From positions 5,665 to 69,664 of the forward strand of contig JAZPXZ010000037.1 of NCBI GenBank assembly GCA_045543915.1: a stretch of 64,000 nucleotides of DNA, read 5' to 3'. The notes under the pieces were generated by a model. The model was not told where the DNA came from and did no database searches. It saw only the letters and a list, made by a program, of their open reading frames with translations. Source of the stretch: Wujia sp. GTDB taxonomy: Bacteria > Bacillota > Clostridia > Lachnospirales > Lachnospiraceae. The position numbers were made by a program, and so were the translations under genes. Below, piece after piece: positions 29,520-40,200 of the stretch (within the stretch, counting starts at the first letter, position 1; each line of letters opens with the position of its first letter).

Positions 29520-31526
29520 CTAACCCTCTATGCTAGGCTTATCTGTGGCACCTGGTGCTACTCCACCCTTTGGTACCAGCTTTATCTCTATTCCTTCAAG
29601 TCTTCTTGACAGGCCACTGGTTCCTGCCATCTCACCATTACATGCCCAATCAAGCCAGCCATAGCTTTGCACATGAACTCTGTAATAAATATCATATTCC
29701 TTGGCGATTTCTCCATCCAGCTTTATCATAATACCTTCAAGGCGCTTAGATTCTCCGCTGGTTCCACTCATATCTCCGCTTACCTTCCAGTCTGTCTCCC
29801 AGCCGTAGGTTTGAACATGAGTTTTATATAACACATCTCCATTAAGGTTACTATTCAATCTAATCTTTATGCCTTCTAATCGCTTAGACTCTCCATTGGT
29901 TCCACTCATGGCTCCGTCTGCCACAAAGTCCTGCCAGCCATAGGTCTGAACATGAGTGGCATAATTAATGCTTCCACTGTATGGTGTAACAAATGGTCTG
30001 GCTGTAGGCACTCCCGGGTCTGCACCTTTTGGAACCACCACAATATTTATAGCCTCAAGTCGCTTGGAGTAGCCTTCCGTTCCTGCCATCTGACCGTTTT
30101 TCGCCCAGTCAAGCCATCCATAATTTTGGGCATGAACTCTGTAATACACATCATACTTATCCTTGTCCTCACCAGTTAGCTCTATACATATGGCCTCAAG
30201 TCGCTTAGACTCACCGCTGGTTCCCGACATCTTTCCATCATAAACCCAATCCTGCCAACCATAGGTCTGGACATGAGTCCTATATCTTATTCCAAGGCTT
30301 TCGTTACCTGATACAGCTATCTCTATTCCTTCAAGTCTCTTAGAAAGTCCTGAGGTTCCCGACATCTTTCCATCAGTTACAGGCTCCTGCCAACCGAAGG
30401 TTTGCACATGAGTTCTATAGGAAATAGTTATGTCCTCCGCCAGATTCTCCACCACCGGATTATTGTAGGTTGGATCCTCAACCTCCATTTTAGAACGGTA
30501 CCAGCTTCTAATAAAATTACCTGCTGTTGTAAGGTCCTCTGTAGTCCAATCACTGGTTTTGCTGCAACTATTTTTTATAAGGGATGAGCTTCTCCAGTCA
30601 TTGCTTAAGCTCCATACACAGTAGCTGACATTGTACTTATCGCAGCGATTCATCCACTCTGTCGCCTTGGTAAGGTCTACGTTTCCATCACCATTTGCCT
30701 CAGAAAGACCAAACTCTGTAACAAATACAGGAAGCTTATATGTGTCAATAGCTGTTCCAATCTTCTCAGTTATCCACTGATTATGAGATGGGTCTGACGC
30801 ATAAAAATGAAATGCATACATAATATTAGAATAACCAGTTATAGGATCCTGTCCCGGCTCGTAAAGATGTCCCTGGCTACCAAGCTGTGACCAGGTAGGT
30901 GTTCCAACTATAATTATGGCATCACTGTCATACTGTCTTATTATTGGAATTATCTCTAAAGCATAGGCCTTTATATCCGACCAGCTACAGTTATTTGGCT
31001 CATTACAAATCTCATATATAACATTTTCCTGATTCTTATATGTAGAAGCCATCTCAGCAAAAAAGCTCTTAGCCTGATCCTTGTAGGTCTGAGGATTACC
31101 GTCACTTAGAATATGCCAATCAATAATTGCGTACATGCCAAGATTTGTGGCGTACTCCACGCCCTTTTTTACCTGATTCTTCATGTTGTCAGCATTACCC
31201 TGACAGTAGCCACCACCTTCAGTATACATGGCAAGTCTGATGCAATTTGCACCCCAATCATCACGAAGTGTCTCATAGGCATCCTGATTGTTATACTGTG
31301 AAAACCACTGAAGTCCATGAGTGCTTACTCCCCTAATTTGAAATGGCTGACCATATTGATCTGTAAGCTGAGTCCCATTTACAGACAATCTTCCATGGGT
31401 TGCAAATGGAGTTGCTCCCGTGGCCCCTGCTTTTACAAGGCTACCCTCTAAGCTTGAAAAGCTCATAGCAAATATTAGTATTGCCACAAGTAATATATTA
31501 AATATTTTTCTGATTTTCCCTGCCAT
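29520..31526 (-). CDS. Secreted GH5 endoglucanase-like glycoside hydrolase with 6 ChW repeats
   Basis: GVSTHGLQW, IIDWHILSDGNP, YEICNEP (acid/base), FVTEFG (nucleophile); likely start ATG 31526. Confidence 0.88.
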   Translation of the reverse strand: MAGKIRKIFNILLVAILIFAMSFSSLEGSLVKAGATGATPFATHGRLSVNGTQLTDQYGQPFQIRGVSTHGLQWFSQYNNQDAYETLRDDWGANCIRLAMYTEGGGYCQGNADNMKNQVKKGVEYATNLGMYAIIDWHILSDGNPQTYKDQAKSFFAEMASTYKNQENVIYEICNEPNNCSWSDIKAYALEIIPIIRQYDSDAIIIVGTPTWSQLGSQGHLYEPGQDPITGYSNIMYAFHFYASDPSHNQWITEKIGTAIDTYKLPVFVTEFGLSEANGDGNVDLTKATEWMNRCDKYNVSYCVWSLSNDWRSSSLIKNSCSKTSDWTTEDLTTAGNFIRSWYRSKMEVEDPTYNNPVVENLAEDITISYRTHVQTFGWQEPVTDGKMSGTSGLSKRLEGIEIAVSGNESLGIRYRTHVQTYGWQDWVYDGKMSGTSGESKRLEAICIELTGEDKDKYDVYYRVHAQNYGWLDWAKNGQMAGTEGYSKRLEAINIVVVPKGADPGVPTARPFVTPYSGSINYATHVQTYGWQDFVADGAMSGTNGESKRLEGIKIRLNSNLNGDVLYKTHVQTYGWETDWKVSGDMSGTSGESKRLEGIMIKLDGEIAKEYDIYYRVHVQSYGWLDWACNGEMAGTSGLSRRLEGIEIKLVPKGGVAPGATDKPSIEG

Positions 31527-31706
31527 AGTAATCTCCTTTTTTATAAATAAAATGATTGTAAAAAGGGTATAGTTTCGCACTATAATATTTCATTATAGCA
31601 AGTCTTTTTATTTTTATCTACCTAAAAATTAGATTAAAACTTTAACATTTTTATTTTATGTGATAAAATCACTATAATTGGAGATTTTTGTGGAGGAGGT
31701 TTTAAT

Positions 31707-32246
31707 ATGGGAAGAAAAGCATCTAAGGCAGTTGACAACATATATTACATGGCAAGAAATACCGCTGCACAGGAGGATGAGACCTACTCAAGCCGTGAAA
31801 AGGCTGCAGAAAAGCTAGGTATCGAGCGTAGCCGTCTAGCCAGGATTGAGCTAGAGCAAATCGAGCCTTACGCAGAGGAGGTTGATGTTATGGCCTGTGC
31901 ATACAAGGCACCACAGCTTTGTACTGACTACTGTAATAACATTTGCCCTATCGGCATTAGAAAGCTTGAGGAGCAAGCCAAGGCTAGGGAGCCGGAAAGC
32001 ATAGAACGACTTGTACTTAAATTCTTAAGCTCAACCCAGAGTATGGAAAATATTTCTAAGATGTTAGTGGAGATAACCCAGGACGGTAGAGTGGATAACG
32101 ATGAGATTCGAGATTTGCAGGATGTGTTCGAGGCTATGGATACTGTGTCCGCAAACCTTGACGCCATTAAGATGTGGATTCTTACAGATCCGAAGCTAAA
32201 GCCTTTCTTCAACTTCGATGGAGATACCCTGAGATTTAACCAGTAA
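31707..32246 (+). CDS. XRE-type HTH regulator with a phage-regulator-like C-terminal domain
   Basis: SREKAAEKLGIERSRLARIE HTH; YCNNICPIG; ITQDGRVDNDE tail. Confidence 0.65.
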   Translation: MGRKASKAVDNIYYMARNTAAQEDETYSSREKAAEKLGIERSRLARIELEQIEPYAEEVDVMACAYKAPQLCTDYCNNICPIGIRKLEEQAKAREPESIERLVLKFLSSTQSMENISKMLVEITQDGRVDNDEIRDLQDVFEAMDTVSANLDAIKMWILTDPKLKPFFNFDGDTLRFNQ

Positions 32247-32254
32247 AGACAGCA

Positions 32255-32322
32255 AGGATGTGCTAATTTACCTAGTCTCCCGGCCTGCCTAGGGTCGGTT
32301 TCAAAGTTATGGCATACATCCT
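32255..32322 (+). repeat. Dispersed palindromic element, internally deleted copy C
   Basis: CCGGCCTGCCTAGGGTCGGT (32280-32299) is identical to copy B; outer stem AGGATGTGC/GCATACATCCT. Confidence 0.7.
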
Positions 32323-32355
32323 AATAATTTACATAAACAAAGGAGATGTGATTAA

Positions 32356-33198
32356 TCACATCTCCTTTGCTATGTCATAAACCTCACGTTTTGGTATACC
32401 CCTATCTTTGGCTACCTGCTTTACAGCATCCTTCTTGTCTACACCTTGATCTATATAATGAGTCAAATGCTCCTCAACAGTCATACTGTCCCACTGGCTT
32501 CTAGCTTCTTCAAGAATGCTCTCTCTGCTTAAGCCTTCTACTACAATTATACACTCACCCTTTGGCTCTGTGACTTCATAGTGGGCTATAGCCTCCTCCA
32601 ATGTTGTAAGGAAGAAGGTTTCGTGTTTCTTGGTAAGCTCTCTACAGATAGTTGCTCTTCTGTTGCCTAAGGTGTCCAAAAGCTCTCTTAAGGTCTTTAT
32701 CAATCTGTGAGGTGCCTCATATATTATTAGGGTTCTAGTCTCTGCTTTAAGCTCCTCAAGGATATATTTCTTCTCCTTTTTATCTGCCGGTAAGAATGCC
32801 TCAAATGCAAATCTTCTGGTAGAAAGTCCTGACGCTATAACTGCATTTATGGCTGCACAGGCTCCCGGCACAGGCACCACTGTAATCCCTGCATCGTAGC
32901 ACTGCTTAACCAGCTCCTCACCAGGGTCTGATATACCAGGTGTTCCTGCATCAGTAATTACTGCCAGGCTCTTTCCCTCTAACATTTTGCCAACAAGCTC
33001 CGCAGCCTTCTCATATTTGTTGTGCTCATGATAGCTGGTCATTGGAGTTTTTATATCAAAATGATTAAGCAGCTTAATACTGTTTCTAGTGTCCTCAGCC
33101 GCAATCAAATCCACCTCTGACAGAATCCTCACTGCCCGATAGGTCATATCCTCTAAATTGCCTATTGGTGTTGCCACCAAATATAAGCTTCCACTCAT
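32356..33198 (-). CDS. rsmI: 16S rRNA (cytidine1402-2'-O)-methyltransferase
   Basis: LYLVATPIGNLEDMT, AAEDTR, DAGTPGISDPG, YEAPHRL, CRELTKKHE. Confidence 0.95.
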   Translation of the reverse strand: MSGSLYLVATPIGNLEDMTYRAVRILSEVDLIAAEDTRNSIKLLNHFDIKTPMTSYHEHNKYEKAAELVGKMLEGKSLAVITDAGTPGISDPGEELVKQCYDAGITVVPVPGACAAINAVIASGLSTRRFAFEAFLPADKKEKKYILEELKAETRTLIIYEAPHRLIKTLRELLDTLGNRRATICRELTKKHETFFLTTLEEAIAHYEVTEPKGECIIVVEGLSRESILEEARSQWDSMTVEEHLTHYIDQGVDKKDAVKQVAKDRGIPKREVYDIAKEM

Positions 33199-33944
33199 TA
33201 CCGGTCTCCCTTATATCTCTCTAATAAATCCTTGGTGTAGGTTCCGTCTTCATTATAAACCACAAGTGTTGGCTCCACCTTCACCATAGGACGTCCACCC
33301 TTAAAGCTTTCTATGAGAACCATATTGGGCTCCTTAGAAGCATAGGGTTGAACCATACATATACGCTTAGGCTCCAGCCTGTATTTTGACAGAAGTCTAA
33401 TTATTTCCGCCAGTCTAAAGGGCTTATGTACCATAGCAAAGCTACCACCCTCTCTTAGAAGGTAGCCTGCTGCCTTTATAACATCCTCTAGGCTAACTAA
33501 TATCTCATGTCTTGCAATGTTCTTAGGCTCTAGCTCATTCTCTAATCCGTGGCTCTGGTTAATGTAGGGAGGATTGCTGGTTACAACATCAAAAGAGGCT
33601 GCCTTGAAAATATCAGGCACCTCTTTTATATCTCCCTGCACTATATCAATCCTATCCTGCAGGCCATTATAAGCCACACTTCTTGTAGCCATATCAGCGC
33701 TATATTCCTGTATTTCTAAACCGGTGTAATGAGTACATTTACCTCTGCCCTCCATAAGAAGAGGGATTACACCTGTTCCCGTTCCTAAGTCTATAGACTT
33801 ACCCTTTTTACAGCCGGTGGCAAAGTCAGCAAGGAGTACCGCATCCATACCAAAGCAAAAGGTGTCCGGATTCTGAATAATATGATAGCCACGACATTGA
33901 AGATCATCTAATCTTTCTCCCGGTTTTAACATACTCTTATGCAT
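33198..33944 (-). CDS. tRNA1(Val) A37 N6-methyltransferase-like (YabB/TrmN6)
   Basis: FCFGMDAVLL, DLGTGTG, NPPY, ARHE; likely start ATG 33944 overlapping the yaaT stop. Confidence 0.85.
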   Translation of the reverse strand: MHKSMLKPGERLDDLQCRGYHIIQNPDTFCFGMDAVLLADFATGCKKGKSIDLGTGTGVIPLLMEGRGKCTHYTGLEIQEYSADMATRSVAYNGLQDRIDIVQGDIKEVPDIFKAASFDVVTSNPPYINQSHGLENELEPKNIARHEILVSLEDVIKAAGYLLREGGSFAMVHKPFRLAEIIRLLSKYRLEPKRICMVQPYASKEPNMVLIESFKGGRPMVKVEPTLVVYNEDGTYTKDLLERYKGDR

Positions 33945-34854
33945 CGTCCAGCTTTGACTTTCCTTCCTGTCTCTCAAGTGCCTCCAGCTTTTTAAGCTCT
34001 GCGTCACTTATCTTATCTCTATCATCATTTCTTCTCTTCTTTGGCTTAAATCGAAGGTCCTCAATCTTGAATTCCTCCTGCTCCTTTGAATCGTCATCAA
34101 GGGTAAATACAAGCATTACCTTCTGACGAAGTACATTTACAGACTTTACCTCGCCTCTTCTTCCATCAGCAGTCTTAACCATATCTCCCACATTAGGAAG
34201 TCTGTCATTTAAATACTCGTAGGTATCCTGCTCATGCTTTAGACAGCACATAAGTCTTCCACACACACCAGATATCTTTGTTGGGTTAAGAGAAAGATTC
34301 TGCTCCTTAGCCATCTTTATAGACACTGGCACAAACTCTGACAAATGCTTATTACAGCAAAGCTCTCTTCCGCACATGCCAATTCCGCCTACTATCTTGG
34401 TCTCGTCTCTAACACCTATCTGACGAAGCTCAATTCTAGTCTTAAATACTGCCGCAAGATCCTTAACCAACTCTCTAAAGTCAATTCTTCCATCAGCAGT
34501 AAAGTAGAACAAAACCTTACTATTATCAAATGTATATTCAGCATCAATAAGCTTCATATCAAGGCCGTGCTTAGCAATCTTCTCCAAGCAAATATTGTAT
34601 GCCTTCTTGTTCTTTTCCTTGTTATCCTCGAACTTCTTATGGTCCCTATCCTCAGCAATTCTAATAATAGGTTTAATAGGTGAGCTCATCTTCTTCTCAT
34701 CGATTTCTCTTCTTCCAAGAACAACCTTACCATACTCAACACCTCTGGCAGTCTCAACAATTACGAATTCCCCTACCTGAACATTGAATCTAAGTGGGTC
34801 AAAAAAATATATCTTACCATTTTCTCTAAAACGGACTCCAATAACTTCCTTCAT
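33937..34854 (-). CDS. yaaT: RicT/YaaT (PSP1 domain) stage 0 sporulation / RNA-processing protein
   Basis: FYFTADGRIDFRELVKDLA, GMCGRELCC, KISGVCGRLMCCL. Confidence 0.93.
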   Translation of the reverse strand: MKEVIGVRFRENGKIYFFDPLRFNVQVGEFVIVETARGVEYGKVVLGRREIDEKKMSSPIKPIIRIAEDRDHKKFEDNKEKNKKAYNICLEKIAKHGLDMKLIDAEYTFDNSKVLFYFTADGRIDFRELVKDLAAVFKTRIELRQIGVRDETKIVGGIGMCGRELCCNKHLSEFVPVSIKMAKEQNLSLNPTKISGVCGRLMCCLKHEQDTYEYLNDRLPNVGDMVKTADGRRGEVKSVNVLRQKVMLVFTLDDDSKEQEEFKIEDLRFKPKKRRNDDRDKISDAELKKLEALERQEGKSKLDDA

Positions 34855-34865
34855 TTATAATTCTC

Positions 34866-35852
34866 CTAGTTTTCCTTTAAAGTAAGGAGCAACAGCTCCA
34901 TAGTCACATCAAAATTAGCATTTACATCTAATCTCTTCTTGGCAGTAGCAATAGCATCAATCTTATTCTCTATGGTCTCATAGGACATAAGCCCTGCCTG
35001 CTTCTTCATAGTGGAATACTCTGATTTGAACATCAGCTTGTCCGGCTGGCCTGTAACCTTAAGCATAAGGGCATCCCTGTACCACATCATCATAAGATCA
35101 AGATAATTATCCATAGACAGCTTGAATTTTTCTATATTGCTCATAGCCCAAGCCAGGTCCTCAACATCCATGGTGTGAATCTGCTTCATAACACTTACTA
35201 CGGAGTCGATTACCTGAACATATTCATCGTTATTAGCAAGCTTAATTGCCTTTCCAAGATTACCCTGGGCAAAATCCAGACAAAAGTATGCTCTGTCCTC
35301 AGAAAGTCCCATATCCTTAACCAGATATTGAAGCATATCTCGCTCTCTAATAGGCTTAGTATTAAGCACCATACATCTAGATAATACGGTAGGTAAAAGC
35401 TTATCTATATTTGCAGAAAGTAATAATATCACCGCATACTCCGGTGGCTCCTCAATGCTCTTAAGCAAGGCATTCTGAGCCTCCTTATTCATAAGATGTG
35501 CATCTAAAACTATATATACAGTATATTTGCTTCTATATGGCTTTGTGGTAATTGTTCCCACTATCTGCTCTCTAACCTCCTTAACAGAGAAAAGGTTAGG
35601 ATTCTCGTGGTTACATATCATAATATCCGGGTGACTTCCCGCCTCTGCCTGAATACAGGATTTACATTTGCCACAAGGCTCAGTTCCTCCCGCCTCACAA
35701 AGCAATGTCTTGGCAAATGCTCCGGCAAGCATCTTCTTGCCACTGTCCACCTCACCATTAATAATATACGCATGACTTACCTTGCCAAGCTCAATGCTTC
35801 TCTTAAAATGCTTAATTATATCCTCATGCCCAACAATTGATTTAAAATCCAT
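34866..35852 (-). CDS. holB: DNA polymerase III subunit delta'
   Basis: HAYIING, PCGKCKSC, HPD, AQNALLKSIEEPP, LPTVLSRC. Confidence 0.92.
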   Translation of the reverse strand: MDFKSIVGHEDIIKHFKRSIELGKVSHAYIINGEVDSGKKMLAGAFAKTLLCEAGGTEPCGKCKSCIQAEAGSHPDIMICNHENPNLFSVKEVREQIVGTITTKPYRSKYTVYIVLDAHLMNKEAQNALLKSIEEPPEYAVILLLSANIDKLLPTVLSRCMVLNTKPIRERDMLQYLVKDMGLSEDRAYFCLDFAQGNLGKAIKLANNDEYVQVIDSVVSVMKQIHTMDVEDLAWAMSNIEKFKLSMDNYLDLMMMWYRDALMLKVTGQPDKLMFKSEYSTMKKQAGLMSYETIENKIDAIATAKKRLDVNANFDVTMELLLLTLKEN

Positions 35853-35864
35853 AAGTCACACCCC

Positions 35865-36305
35865 CTAGGTTGAAATATCAAGCAATAATCCTCTTATGTC
35901 ATCTATCTTACCAAGTATTGCAAGGTTATCCTTCTCCTCCTTGATAAGCTCACTGGCAAGCTCGTCTAGGTTTTTATCAACCTGTCTTACTATGCCATAA
36001 ACTCTATGTCTACCCCTTCTATCTAGGAAGTTCTCTCTGGAGAACTCATGAGAACGGGAAACAACCTCATTCATAAATTCCTTAATTGTGGCACGGTACT
36101 TTTTCATGTCCTTAATGTCCATATGCTTGGCAATTCTGGCACCCTGCTCCTCAATATCCTTCATCAGGGAAGATAGCTTCTCCTGAAGCTGGTCTTCTTT
36201 TATATTACTAATGAGAGTAAATTTGAAGTCTTCTCCATTAGTCTGGGTATTCTTAGGTGCTTCCATCTGGGTAAGCTGCTGAAGCTGATTAATTTTAATA
36301 TCCAT
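35865..36305 (-). CDS. yaaR: YaaR (DUF327) family protein
   Basis: [21 protein letters not shown]; conserved position between tmk and holB. Confidence 0.85.
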   Translation of the reverse strand: MDIKINQLQQLTQMEAPKNTQTNGEDFKFTLISNIKEDQLQEKLSSLMKDIEEQGARIAKHMDIKDMKKYRATIKEFMNEVVSRSHEFSRENFLDRRGRHRVYGIVRQVDKNLDELASELIKEEKDNLAILGKIDDIRGLLLDIST

Positions 36306-36324
36306 ATTTACTCTCCTTTCTCAT

Positions 36325-36960
36325 TTATCTGTTCACAAGCGGCTCTACATAATCTACTATTTTGCTATGTATCTCCTCAATGCTCATGGTTGCATCTATA
36401 GTCTTAATTCTATCTGGGTCTAAGCTGGCAAGCTTTCTATATCCCTCAGCCACCTTCTCGTGGAAATCTATTGCCTCAAGCTCCATACGGTCAAGCTCTG
36501 CCTGATTCTTCTTACGGCTTATTCCCACAGTGGCCGGCAAATCAAGATGAATGGTAAGCTGCGGCATAATTCCCTGAATAGCATAGCTGTTAATCTGATA
36601 CGCTGTATCTACTCCAAGACCTCTTGCCATACCCTGATATACTGCAGAGGAATCCACAAATCTATCGCTGATAACCGCCTTACCCGCTTCAAGGGCTGGT
36701 TTAATAACCTCTGTTACAAGCTGTGCTCTGGCTGATGCGTAAAGAAGTGCTTCAGTCATATATCCCATCTCGGAATAATCCTTATTAAGAATTATTCTTC
36801 TTATATCCTCGCTGATTACTGTACCACCTGGCTCTCTGGTTATAATAATCTCATATCCCTTATCCTCCAGGTAAGCCTTAAGTAGTTCTATCTGTGTACT
36901 TTTACCGGAACCGTCTGGTCCCTCCATAGATATAAATATACCTTTTATGTTTTCCTGCAT
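36325..36960 (-). CDS. tmk: Thymidylate kinase
   Basis: FISMEGPDGSGKSTQ, TREPGG, SDRFVDSSAVYQG. Confidence 0.96.
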   Translation of the reverse strand: MQENIKGIFISMEGPDGSGKSTQIELLKAYLEDKGYEIIITREPGGTVISEDIRRIILNKDYSEMGYMTEALLYASARAQLVTEVIKPALEAGKAVISDRFVDSSAVYQGMARGLGVDTAYQINSYAIQGIMPQLTIHLDLPATVGISRKKNQAELDRMELEAIDFHEKVAEGYRKLASLDPDRIKTIDATMSIEEIHSKIVDYVEPLVNR

Positions 36961-37124
36961 AATGTATCCTCTTGCTTTTATCTTTTATTTATAATCTTCA
37001 TTGCTTTTGATTATAATTTTCTCTCATCTTATATATCGAACAATGTATCATTTTTATAAATGGGCCCACCACACCCAATGATACACAATAAATTATAGCA
37101 TTTTTTAAATAGATTTACCACAAG

Positions 37125-37167
37125 AAAATAAGTGGACTCCCTTCTCATAAGAAAGTCCACTTATTTT
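37125..37167 (-). terminator. Intrinsic terminator of the large repeat-protein gene
   Basis: AAAATAAGTGGACT...AGTCCACTTATTTT. Confidence 0.85.
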
Positions 37168-37204
37168 AAAGGATTAGCAGCTTAATAAACGCTTATCAAT
37201 CCAT

Positions 37205-40200
37205 TTATTTTTGATTAAAGGTTAATTTTTCTTCCTCTTCTATGTAGAAGGTAATGTTTCCTGAGTAGCTTGTATTATCGCCCTCTACATTCCACTCACC
37301 TTCACCAAAGCTGTATGGAGTATTAGCCTGAAGCTTAACCGCCACACCTGCTGGAATCACACCCTGCTTAGTCCACTCTGATGCAACCGATATTGTGGTG
37401 GTAGTCATATTACCTGCAACATCCCATACCTCTATAGTGTATTCTGTAACACCACCCTCAGACAAAAGAGTAAGAATGTTGTTCTGTGTAATCAACTCAT
37501 TTGCAGCTATTTCCTTACCATTCACCACAACTCTAGTAAGATTATCATCCGTCAAGGCTATTTCCAGTTTGTCTCCATAATATACCGTATCATTTACAGC
37601 CCCTACAGAAGGTGCCACAAGGTCCACATACAAGCTCTCCAAAAGCATTCCAGCTGTTTGCTCACCGGTTTCCTTGTTCATCAGGTAAACATACTTATTC
37701 TCAGTAGATGAATTAATAGTCAACTGCTCCTTGTAGTCCTTTCCAAAGATATCTGATATGAGATATCCATCCTTTGCCTTTATAACTATCTCTGAGGTAT
37801 AATACTGATTTTCTCCCTGTGTTCCCTCTATAGCATATGGGTTTTCAGGCATTGCAAGATAGCTTATAGTGAACTCATCTGTCACTGTCACTTCTTTGTA
37901 AATACCCACAGCTTCAAATACTGCTTTAGCAACATATTCTCCCACTGCAGTAGGCTTTACAGTTGTATACTTAGAATCATCAGCACCTGCCACCTTGTAG
38001 TATATAGTTGCATTCTCAACGCCGTTAGTATTAGAGCCTATAATAGGATTAACATTTACACCACATATCACATCTAATACTTCAAGAGTACCTACACCAT
38101 TCTCATAATCCTTAATGGCAAATTCATCTGTTGCCACAGCTTCCTTGTAATATGGAACAGATGCAAATGTAGCTCTTACCACATAGTTTCCTATATCCTG
38201 TGGTTTTGAAGTTGTATACTCTGAATCATCCTGCCCCTTAAGCTTATACTCTATAACAACATCACTAGTTCCGTTAGTTGATGATTCCACAATCGGCTCG
38301 TATGACTGTCCATAGTACACATCATCAACCTTTACAGAGCATGAACCTGTCTCATACTCTTTAATTGCGAATTCATCTGTTACCACAAGCTTATCATATA
38401 CAGGTGTTGCAGGGAATGTTGCTCGCACTACATACTCCCCAATCTCCACCGGCTTGTCAATCCTATATGCAGAATCATCCTCTGCTTTTTTCTTATACTC
38501 TATTACAGGCTCATCAGTATTTGTTTCTGAGCTGTAGCTTACACTGATATCAGTTCCCACATATACATCTTCTACAGAAATCTCACCAACACCCTGCTCT
38601 AGGGCCTTTATCTCAAATGTATCATCAGCTATAAACACATCATACATATAGGTAGCAGCAAAAATTGCTCTTGCCTCATACATACCCACAGCTGTAGGAA
38701 TTGTTGTTGTATACTCAGTCTCACCCTGAAGTCTATATTCTACTGTTACATTCTCAATTCCATTCTTAGTTGAATTGACAACCGGAAGGATGCTTGTTCC
38801 AACATACACATCCTGTATATCAAGAGTTCCATCTCCTGTCTCAAGAGCCATAATATCAAATGTACCTACTAATTCAAGCACATCATGAGACTCTGTAGCC
38901 GGATAAGTTACTCTTATGTTATATGCGCCCACCGCTGTAGGCTCTGTTTCGTTATATGCATCCACACCTTCACTTTGTAGCTTGTACTCAACTACAGGCT
39001 CAACACCTAGGTTTGTAGTTGTTGAGTACTGTGGCTCAATCGGCGTTCCAACATATACATCTTCTACTGAAACCTGTCCTGTACCCTGTAGGTACAATAT
39101 GCTAAATGTAGTTTCATCTATAGCTTCCTTATACTCTTCAGTTTCAGGATAAACTACCTTTGCATTATACTCACCAACTGCAGTTGGAACATCTGTATTG
39201 TAGGCCTCTTCTCCTTCACTTTGAAGCTTATAATAAACTGTAGGGGTCATTTCTTCATTAGTTGTGGAACTATACTGTGGATTCAAAACCTCTCCGAAAA
39301 ATATATCAGCAACTGTGATTAATGCCAAGCTGTCCATTTTTTCTAATATAGAGAAATCGCAGGTCATAGTAATTTCATTGTAGTGTCCTGTAGCAGGAAT
39401 ATAAAGCTTAGCTGTATACTCACCTATAGCCTCTGGAACATTAATTGTAAAATCGTCCTCTCCCTTTATGGAATATGTAATTTCAGCCTGATCTATGACA
39501 GTATTATTAGTTGTAGAGGAATACTCTGGTTCAATAGTTTGACCTTCATAAATGTTAGGAATATTAAAGGTTGCTACACCTTCTTCTAAATCCTTAACAA
39601 TGAAATCAGCTGTTTCGCTGTATGCTGCAAAATTATAGTTGGCATCGTAGGAAACCTTAACAGTATAATTTCCTGCGGTGGTAGGTGCAGTTGTACTATA
39701 TGTATCGCTGCCACGAACTGCATATTCAATAGTTGGGTCACCTTCATAATCAGAGGTTGATACTGTTGGTTTAATCTCATCATTAACATAGAAGCTTTCC
39801 GCCATGGTAACATCTACTGTACCAGGTGCAAGCTCTGTAAGGTCCGGTAAATCAATCACTATCTCACTTACCTCAGTGCCCTGGGCAGCCAAGGTATAAT
39901 CTAAAGAAAGTACATTATCTACTAAGCTTGTACTTATTGTTCCATTACCGGATGTTTTTGTTACGCCATAATTAGTTCCTGTTGGAGCACTATAACCTGG
40001 AAGTCTCCTGTAAGTAACTGTAGGAACAGCCTCTTCATACCAATACTTATTGCCTGATGCACTATCTAAAACAAGCTCCCAACCGTCGCCAGGATTAACA
40101 GTAACCTTACATCCGTAGTTTGATGCTATGGAGCCTGAGGTGATATTATATACATATCCACTATAACTGTAGTCATATGAACCTGTATAACCAGGTGCTT

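Noticed and set aside
25373-30430. Regularly spaced repeats (e.g. CTCAAGTCTCTTTGAC) resembling a CRISPR array
   Set aside because: They are the coding SKRLE motif of ChW repeats, in frame, vary at synonymous sites, and no cas genes are present.
31707-32246. Prophage
   Set aside because: A single phage-like regulator with no integrase, structural or lysis genes and no att sites.
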